Below, in pieces: positions 1 to 4,465 of a stretch of DNA of 12,202 nucleotides. Both the position numbers and the translations under genes were made by a program. The notes under the pieces were generated by a model. The model was not told the DNA's origin, made no database searches, and saw only the letters and a program-made list of their open reading frames with translations. Positions within the stretch are counted from its first letter, which is position 1; every line of letters starts with the position of its first letter. The DNA is from a virus: the IMG/VR virus record IMGVR_UViG_3300036828_000401. The stretch is one strand, 5' to 3'.

Positions 1-312
1 GGCATGGGCATAGGCGCGCCAAACCGGACCATGATCCGATCGGCCGTGTTCATGGGTTTGTATGACGTGTGCTAGTTCATGCAAGAACACGTCGCGCAAA
101 CCTTCGCCGCTTAGGCGACGATGCAAACCAACGCTTTCTTTGTAGCGCTCGCCTGTCGCGATGCTGCGCGTAGACTTGTAGTAACCTGCGCGCCTTATTT
201 GGCGCATCCGTACTACCGGAATCCGCGCGATGGCCGGCCATTGGTCGCCCGCAACTTTGTGTAGCGTATCGATTAAGCCTAGTGCTCGCGCGTAGTCTTG
301 GATTGTTTCCAT
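1..312 (-). CDS. SprT-like zinc-metallopeptidase domain protein (partial; C-terminus runs off the left edge)
   Basis: Absent from the ORF track because it has no in-window stop. The minus-strand ATG at 312..310 follows an exact GGAGACAGGCACA cassette. My translation is open for all 104 codons: METIQDYARALGLIDTLHKVAGDQWPAIARIPVVRMRQIRRAGYYKSTRSIATGERYKESVGLHRRLSGEGLRDVFLHELAHVIQTHEHGRSDHGPVWRAYAHA. The pattern RAGxY ... HELAH (HExxH) ... HGxxW matches the SprT-like domain as I remember it. Confidence 0.6.
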   Translation of the reverse strand, partial: METIQDYARALGLIDTLHKVAGDQWPAIARIPVVRMRQIRRAGYYKSTRSIATGERYKESVGLHRRLSGEGLRDVFLHELAHVIQTHEHGRSDHGPVWRAYAHA

Positions 313-325
313 TGTGCCTGTCTCC
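310..325 (-). promoter_or_regulatory. Leader/RBS cassette GGAGACAGGCACAATG (exact copy)
   Basis: The plus strand reads cattgtgcctgtctcc. The cassette ends in the ATG of the SprT-like gene. Confidence 0.7.
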
Positions 326-339
326 GATCGATTTTCGTT

Positions 340-438
340 TCAACCTTGCTTAACTTGTCTTGGTGAGAATAGAAAGCAAGTAATCTTTGGGTTGGCTTCG
401 GCTCGCGAGCCAATTAGCGCCCACATTATGATATTCAT
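340..438 (-). CDS. Micro-ORF, 32 aa (MNIIMWALIGSRAEANPKITCFLFSPRQVKQG)
   Basis: Its ATG at 438..436 is the last triplet of an exact cassette copy. It overlaps the upstream stop as ATGA. This is the tail of track ORF 340..537. Caveat: its 3' end coincides with a repeat (336-365) that is intergenic at its other copy. Confidence 0.4.
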   Translation of the reverse strand: MNIIMWALIGSRAEANPKITCFLFSPRQVKQG

Positions 439-623
439 TGTGCCTGTCTCCCTTGGTTCTCGATTAGCTCGAAATGATAGATTGTCTCTTGGTCTAGGCC
501 ATTGCGCACATTGTGTAATCGATAGCATGGCCAGCAAACTAAAAGGCCTTGGTCTTTATCGCGGCCGCACATAGGACAATGTTCGCTAGCGCGGATGTTT
601 GGATAATCGATTGTGTAATTCAT
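435..623 (-). CDS. Small Zn-ribbon-like protein, 62 aa
   Basis: Track ORF. It has two CxxC pairs (CPMC, CWPC). Its start overlaps the upstream stop as ATGA. Its RBS is the variant GGAGAGATTAGCAGC, the only left-arm cistron without the standard cassette. Confidence 0.6.
   Translation of the reverse strand: MNYTIDYPNIRASEHCPMCGRDKDQGLLVCWPCYRLHNVRNGLDQETIYHFELIENQGRQAQ
436..451 (-). promoter_or_regulatory. Leader/RBS cassette GGAGACAGGCACAATG (exact copy, embedded in the upstream coding sequence)
   Basis: The plus strand reads cattgtgcctgtctcc. It lies inside the last codons (..GRQAQ*) of the 62-aa gene. Confidence 0.65.
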
Positions 624-1435
624 GCTGCTAATCTCTCCGATACAGCCTTAGCCCTAGCTTGGTTAACCTTGGTCTTGGGCGAGTATGAACTTAGGCCTTT
701 AAGCGCCTTTAGCGCTTCGGCCGCTCGCGAACCTTTAGGTTGAACGCTATGAATTAACAGCGCGAATTGATGGCACTTAGGATCAAAGGCGTGACTATCA
801 TCGTGGTCAATCTCAAGGCCTAAGCGCGAAGCTTCTTCGATCGAAAAGACTACGATCGCGGATCGAAGATTGTGCTTTTGAATAAGACCATCCCATAGCC
901 CGCCATAGCTCGCAGTTATAATCAGGTTTGCTGGCACGCTAGCGCGATTGTCAATCCATGTTCGGATAGACTTAGTGTAAGCGTAGAAAATGAGCGAAGG
1001 GTTACGCTTCGCAACTTCGCACCAAGCTAGAAAATACGCTTGATTAAAGAAGTCTCCCGAAACGTGGATACGGATAACGTTGGTCTTAGCCGGAAGGGTT
1101 AAGAGCGATCGCGAGATTAGATCCGCCATCGCGGCACTATCGTTTAGGTGCTTCTTGAGCAGATCGAAGTTATGCCAGCGCTGGCGTCTAGTGTCCTCAT
1201 ACTGGTTTTCTTCATTCGCAGCGAAGCATTGAAACGCCAAAGGCAGATCCGAATTGGTATTGGTTAATCCGCCTTGGCGTCCAACCTTGGCCTTGCAAAG
1301 GCTGGCACCTGGGCAGGTCCATCCGGCCGGTAAGCTAATTGTCTTGGCGTAGATTCCCTTGGTGCGCAAAGCGCGAAGCTTCGCGTTGGCGTCCGAGAAT
1401 TTGAGCCAACCTTTACTAGAGTAAACTTTTTTCAT
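620..1435 (-). CDS. Cys-cluster protein, 271 aa; possibly phage Gp88-like family, function unknown
   Basis: Track ORF 620..1465, trimmed to the ATG at 1435 that follows an exact cassette (track shows ..SETGTMKKVY..). The motifs SLPAGWTCPGASLC and IRIHVSGDFF..YAYTKS resemble the LPxxxTCPGAxxxC phage proteins I recall as the GP88 family. This rests on memory only and is not verified. Confidence 0.8.
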   Translation of the reverse strand: MKKVYSSKGWLKFSDANAKLRALRTKGIYAKTISLPAGWTCPGASLCKAKVGRQGGLTNTNSDLPLAFQCFAANEENQYEDTRRQRWHNFDLLKKHLNDSAAMADLISRSLLTLPAKTNVIRIHVSGDFFNQAYFLAWCEVAKRNPSLIFYAYTKSIRTWIDNRASVPANLIITASYGGLWDGLIQKHNLRSAIVVFSIEEASRLGLEIDHDDSHAFDPKCHQFALLIHSVQPKGSRAAEALKALKGLSSYSPKTKVNQARAKAVSERLAA

Positions 1436-1448
1436 TGTGCCTGTCTCC
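1433..1448 (-). promoter_or_regulatory. Leader/RBS cassette GGAGACAGGCACAATG (exact copy)
   Basis: The plus strand reads cattgtgcctgtctcc. The cassette ends in the ATG of the 271-aa gene. Confidence 0.7.
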
Positions 1449-1473
1449 GAATCCTTTTCGGTCAAAGGATTAA

Positions 1474-1516
1474 CTGTCTCCGATCTATTAGACGTAGCGA
1501 AGCGCTTGGTTATTCA
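1474..1516 (-). promoter_or_regulatory. Promoter-like unit B: TGAATAACC-AAGCGCTT-N18-GGAGACAG
   Basis: On the minus strand, 1516..1474 reads TGAATAACCAAGCGCTT CGCTACGTCTAATAGATC GGAGACAG. An 8-bp hairpin follows (1450-1457 aatccttt, 1464-1471 aaaggatt), then the real RBS cassette. The promoter function is an inference. Confidence 0.45.
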
Positions 1517-1575
1517 ACGTTAGCTAGCCAAATAAGAAAACCGATTATTATGCCGATTATCACTAAGATAAACAT
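1510..1575 (-). CDS. Micro-ORF, 21 aa hydrophobic peptide (MFILVIIGIIIGFLIWLANVE)
   Basis: Below the track size cutoff. Its ATG at 1575..1573 follows an exact cassette copy. The peptide is essentially a single transmembrane-like helix. The stop TAA is at 1512..1510. Confidence 0.4.
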   Translation of the reverse strand: MFILVIIGIIIGFLIWLANVE

Positions 1576-1588
1576 TGTGCCTGTCTCC
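1573..1588 (-). promoter_or_regulatory. Leader/RBS cassette GGAGACAGGCACAATG (exact copy)
   Basis: The plus strand reads cattgtgcctgtctcc. It precedes the 21-aa micro-ORF. Confidence 0.6.
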
Positions 1589-1590
1589 GC

Positions 1591-2007
1591 TTAGATTGCT
1601 CGCGAGCTATCAAACGTTGCGCTGTTAACGATCGCGGTAATATCCGCATTGTAGAACATGGTAAATCGGTTTGGTCCCATCCGCTTATGGCCTTTCTCCG
1701 CGCCTAGGTATTCTGGCCATTCTTCAAAGCGGAACATGATGCAAGCGCGGCCGTCTAGAAGATTGTGGTGTGCCATCACATAGACGCTAGCACTAGGCCG
1801 ATTGCGCAATCGCGCGTGAAAGGTTACCTCTCCCATAACTGCAGATCCGCCAGCATTGTAGCGAACGGCCGATACTTCAAACGCGCGTGTTTCCAATTCG
1901 CGCTTGATAGCTCGCATAACCTTTCTGGCCTGTAATTCCCATGATCGTTTATTGTCACTAACCGCGTCTCCGCGATTGACGCCTAGTAACTTGCTCATTG
2001 TGTCCAT
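1591..2007 (-). CDS. Hypothetical protein, 138 aa
   Basis: Track ORF 1591..2064, trimmed to the ATG at 2007 behind the tandem cassette (track shows ..DRETGTMDTMSKLL..). I recognise no motif. Confidence 0.8.
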   Translation of the reverse strand: MDTMSKLLGVNRGDAVSDNKRSWELQARKVMRAIKRELETRAFEVSAVRYNAGGSAVMGEVTFHARLRNRPSASVYVMAHHNLLDGRACIMFRFEEWPEYLGAEKGHKRMGPNRFTMFYNADITAIVNSATFDSSRAI

Positions 2008-2028
2008 TGTTCCTGTCTCCCTGTCTCC
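2005..2028 (-). promoter_or_regulatory. Tandem cassette GGAGACAG-GGAGACAGGAACAATG
   Basis: The plus strand reads cattgttcctgtctccctgtctcc. The distal box belongs to promoter-like unit A. Confidence 0.65.
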
Positions 2029-2063
2029 AATACTTAGAACTGACCTAAGCGCTTGGTTATTCA
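2021..2063 (-). promoter_or_regulatory. Promoter-like unit A: TGAATAACC-AAGCGCTT-N18-GGAGACAG
   Basis: On the minus strand, 2063..2021 reads TGAATAACCAAGCGCTT AGGTCAGTTCTAAGTATT GGAGACAG. The flanks match unit B exactly and the 18-nt spacing is the same. Confidence 0.45.
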
Positions 2064-2105
2064 TTCAATTTGCGTTTCAACCTTGCTAACGTAGTCTTGG
2101 TGCCT

Positions 2106-2348
2106 TTAGTCCAAAACCCGTGCGATACGATCCGCAAAATCACTAGCCTTAACCGCGCCGTCAAAGCACTTAGACGCAAACGTGATATAACCCGAAGCTT
2201 TCGCGTTCTTAGAAAACGTCAAAAGTACTTCGCTCATAGCGTTGGCGATTGCTTCCATGCTGTAGTGTTCGCTTAGGTCGCGGATCGTGTTCTCTAGGTT
2301 CGCTCTCTCGCGATCGTTATACGCTTCCCGGTAGTTTGCTCGTTTCAT
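2106..2348 (-). CDS. Hypothetical protein, 80 aa
   Basis: Track ORF 2106..2420, trimmed to the ATG at 2348 behind the variant cassette GGAGACAGGGAAAATG (track shows ..IKETGKMKRANY..). Confidence 0.7.
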   Translation of the reverse strand: MKRANYREAYNDRERANLENTIRDLSEHYSMEAIANAMSEVLLTFSKNAKASGYITFASKCFDGAVKASDFADRIARVLD

Positions 2349-2361
2349 TTTCCCTGTCTCC
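2346..2361 (-). promoter_or_regulatory. Leader/RBS cassette variant GGAGACAGGGAAAATG
   Basis: The plus strand reads cattttccctgtctcc. Confidence 0.6.
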
Positions 2362-2380
2362 TTAATTTGCCTTGCTAGGG

Positions 2381-2412
2381 AGACAGGCCTAGGGTTTGAC
2401 CTAGGCCTGTCT
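2381..2412 (-). promoter_or_regulatory. 13-bp perfect hairpin (AGACAGGCCTAGG / CCTAGGCCTGTCT, 6-nt loop) between the 206-aa and 80-aa genes
   Basis: The arms are 2381-2393 and 2400-2412 and the loop is 2394-2399. No U-tract follows on the minus-strand transcript, so this is not a classical intrinsic terminator. One arm is complementary to the downstream SD (see findings). Confidence 0.6.
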
Positions 2413-2423
2413 AGTACCAAGGT

Positions 2424-3044
2424 TTAATAGATAGACTTGTCTCCGATCGCGTTCTTGCCTTTGACGGTAATCGCGCCGGCCTTATTGAGATATCCGGCGT
2501 CAATCAAGCTAGCTTTGGCGCTATTCCAACGATCGCGGGTTATAGGTTCGGGTTTGCTCGGATCGAATCTTCTAGACGATCGCATGTCTTCGATTGCCAT
2601 ATCGCAGCGATCGCGGCCGGCGTATGAGCTTTTACGACCGCGCGTATAGGCCAGCACCAAGGTTTGATCTTCGGTTAGCGCGGCCGATTGCTCGGTTATC
2701 AGAAGCGCTGCGTTAGATGGTCCAACAATGATGGTTAGACCTAGGTCTTTACCGCAAAAAATTGTGTGTTGGACGCAAGCAAACCCGGCCGGGATAGTCA
2801 CGCTATCAGCGCCTTGGATCTGCCGATCGAAACCCGATTGCGCTGGCATGGCCATTGTTTCGTACGTAGTCAGATTGACAAACGTGAAATAGTCGCGTGA
2901 TCCGCCATCCCAATAGGATCTAACGTCTATGGGATAGTCGCGAATTTCGATCGCGAATTTCTTACCGCGATATGCTGGAAACGCTACGCCAACGATCCGC
3001 GAAGTAAGCGGATCAAGCTTGTCTAGATAAATTCGGTTAGCCAT
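2424..3044 (-). CDS. Hypothetical protein, 206 aa
   Basis: Track ORF 2424..3167, trimmed to the ATG at 3044 behind an exact cassette (track shows ..KETGTMANRIY..). I recognise no motif. Confidence 0.8.
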   Translation of the reverse strand: MANRIYLDKLDPLTSRIVGVAFPAYRGKKFAIEIRDYPIDVRSYWDGGSRDYFTFVNLTTYETMAMPAQSGFDRQIQGADSVTIPAGFACVQHTIFCGKDLGLTIIVGPSNAALLITEQSAALTEDQTLVLAYTRGRKSSYAGRDRCDMAIEDMRSSRRFDPSKPEPITRDRWNSAKASLIDAGYLNKAGAITVKGKNAIGDKSIY

Positions 3045-3069
3045 TGTGCCTGTCTCCTTATCTGTCTCC
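3042..3069 (-). promoter_or_regulatory. Double cassette GGAGACAGATAAGGAGACAGGCACAATG
   Basis: The plus strand reads cattgtgcctgtctccttatctgtctcc. The proximal copy is exact. The distal box belongs to promoter-like unit C. Confidence 0.65.
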
Positions 3070-3106
3070 TTTATAGATTGGACGCCAAAGCGCTTCGGTT
3101 TATTCA
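3062..3106 (-). promoter_or_regulatory. Promoter-like unit C: TGAATAAACCG-AAGCGCTT-N18-GGAGACAG
   Basis: On the minus strand, 3106..3062 reads TGAATAAACCGAAGCGCTT TGGCGTCCAATCTATAAA GGAGACAG. The 18-nt spacing matches units A and B. Confidence 0.45.
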
Positions 3107-3130
3107 AAGCGCCTTGGCAATATCGATCGG

Positions 3131-3373
3131 TTAATCTTGACGTTGACCGCAATTGAGGCAATCGCAATCGGGCGGATGGCTATGGCAATCAATCTCGTCT
3201 ATGGTCGCAAAATCCGCGACTTGACCATTAGGCCAGCGCCAACGGGTTAGGCGGCCGAATTGATAAACTCGGACGCCACAATATCTACAAGCTTTACCGT
3301 AGTAAGCATTGCGTTCGCCGGATGGCGGGATAAACCGAACCTTGATCCAATTGTGTTTCGATCGTTCATTCAT
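3131..3373 (-). CDS. Small Cys-rich (Zn-ribbon-like) protein, 80 aa
   Basis: Track ORF. The ATG at 3373 follows GGAGACAGGCACT. It has a CRYC pair plus a C-terminal CHSHPPDCDCLNC cluster. Confidence 0.7.
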   Translation of the reverse strand: MNERSKHNWIKVRFIPPSGERNAYYGKACRYCGVRVYQFGRLTRWRWPNGQVADFATIDEIDCHSHPPDCDCLNCGQRQD

Positions 3374-3386
3374 AGTGCCTGTCTCC
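3371..3386 (-). promoter_or_regulatory. Leader/RBS cassette variant GGAGACAGGCACTATG
   Basis: The plus strand reads catagtgcctgtctcc. Confidence 0.6.
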
Positions 3387-3395
3387 CTGAATTGG

Positions 3396-3491
3396 CTATT
3401 TAGTCGCGATCGCGACTACGGTTAGAACGCAAACGCCAACGGCCGAAGCGTAGAACGCAAGGCCGAAGAACCAAAGTACTTTGTCTATCAT
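3396..3491 (-). CDS. Micro-ORF, 31 aa hydrophobic peptide (MIDKVLWFFGLAFYASAVGVCVLTVVAIATK)
   Basis: Below the track cutoff. The ATG at 3491..3489 follows GGAGACAGGC (short-spacer cassette, 3489-3501). It is a single transmembrane-like segment and the first cistron of the left arm. Confidence 0.45.
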   Translation of the reverse strand: MIDKVLWFFGLAFYASAVGVCVLTVVAIATK

Positions 3492-4077
3492 GCCTGTCTC
3501 CATTTCAGATTCTAAACGCGCTATCCATATATAGCGAAGCGCTTAGCTTGTGTCTATAGATGAGACGCAATCGGCCTAGGATATATTCAACCTAGGGAGA
3601 GAATAGGTTGGACGCTATCGGACGAAGCGCTGTTAAGGCCTGTCTTGGCTATCCGGCCGAACGGCCGTCTAATAGATCCTAAGTTAGTCCAAACCCAACG
3701 GGTTTGGTCTAACGCCTATTCGCTCTAGCGTCTCACACCATTGCCAACGGGCTACGCGGGTTAACCTAAAGTGCATTGGTGAGTATTCGCGAATTACTAT
3801 AGGTATTAGTACCACGTCAGGAGTAGCACCCTGGCTGTCAGGAATAGCGGAATGACTGACTATTCATGGGTAGCGGGTGATCGCATAAAGACGATTATGT
3901 CAACTAGCGCCGCCTATGCGCGCTGAGAGCGCGCGGGGGAGGGACTGTGCGCGCGGGGATACCTTACCGGCCCACCCTTTCGCGGTAGGCTCTCCCCGAA
4001 TGTAACGTATCAACCCGCGTCTCTTTTCACTGGGGGGATTTCCTGGTAGGGGGAGGGGAGGACAATGGGGGGCAGTC

Positions 4078-4320
4078 ATGTTGATAGATGAAGTGACGGC
4101 GATGTCCAAGTCCCAGCAGGCACGCGCCAATGTGTTGGAGCGGCTGCGTATCGAGCTGTGGCACTTGGACTTCATGGACCAGACCAAGGTCGCCGAAGAA
4201 TTAATCAGCGACCTGACCGTGTGCTTGCAGCAGGCGCGCAGTAAGAAGGTCGAGTCCCTCCCCAGACCCAGCAGCAGCGCCAAACTGTTACCTCCCTTTG
4301 TGCCAAAGAAACAGCCCTAG
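4078..4320 (+). CDS. Hypothetical protein, 80 aa
   Basis: Track ORF and the first plus-strand gene. A G-rich stretch lies upstream of the ATG. The sequence looks helical. It competes with antisense ORF 3900..4283, which I judge less protein-like. Confidence 0.5.
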   Translation: MLIDEVTAMSKSQQARANVLERLRIELWHLDFMDQTKVAEELISDLTVCLQQARSKKVESLPRPSSSAKLLPPFVPKKQP

Positions 4321-4323
4321 GCT

Positions 4324-4353
4324 TTGACATAGCGCTTGCCCAAGTGCTACGGT
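4324..4353 (+). promoter_or_regulatory. Sigma70-like promoter candidate TTGACA-N18-TACGGT
   Basis: A perfect -35 TTGACA sits at 4324-4329. The -10 TACGGT at 4348-4353 is weak (TAnnnT retained). The spacer contains TAGCGCTT (4330-4337), a 7/8 match to the left-arm AAGCGCTT palindrome. Confidence 0.3.
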
Positions 4354-4465
4354 TCCTCCGGACTAAGCTGATTCTTTCCGAAAGGATCAGGGCTAAGGAG
4401 AGCTGCTACGACATTACTCGCTCGATTTCAGGCAACGACGCACACCTATCTCCGGGGAGAATCAA

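Noticed and set aside
77-343. Track ORF, 88 aa, minus strand (MKRKSIGDRHNGNN..)
   Set aside because: It reads through the cassette in the wrong frame (..GDRHNG..) and is Arg-rich and low in complexity. The cassette ATG at 312 opens the other frame, which carries a coherent HExxH domain.
314-743. Plus-strand track ORFs 314..574 and 549..743
   Set aside because: They are antisense to cassette-led minus-strand genes, have no RBS and look junk-like. I treat them as shadow ORFs.
1904-2649. Plus-strand track ORFs 1904..2089, 2070..2276 and 2437..2649
   Set aside because: They are antisense shadows of well-supported minus-strand genes and span regulatory repeats.
310-3501. Whether the repeated 16-mer could be a CRISPR or other repeat-spacer array
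   Set aside because: The spacing is irregular (60-800 nt) and filled with ORFs. The repeat is too short and always ends in a start codon. No cas genes are present.
3794-3803. TTACTATAGG resembling the T7-class promoter core (ACTATAGG)
   Set aside because: It is a single 8-nt match with no second copy and no phage RNA polymerase in the window. The conserved left-arm units do not share it, so it is probably chance.
3645-3803. Rightward sigma70-type promoters (TTGGCT-N19-TAATAG at 3645-3675; TTGGTG-N16-TATAGG at 3776-3803)
   Set aside because: The hexamers and spacings are marginal, and I cannot distinguish them from chance in AT-richer sequence. They are mentioned only as context for the junction finding.
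4032-4072. Four G-runs that could form a G-quadruplex upstream of the first plus-strand gene
   Set aside because: The loop lengths (11 and 8 nt) are long for a stable G4. The G-tract may simply serve as a purine-rich RBS region. No further support.
3900-4283. Minus-strand ORF, 127 aa, crossing the junction
   Set aside because: It is rich in S, R, C and L, has no cassette or RBS, and would be the only minus-strand gene without the left-arm grammar. The overlapping plus-strand 80-aa ORF is more plausible, though itself only moderate.
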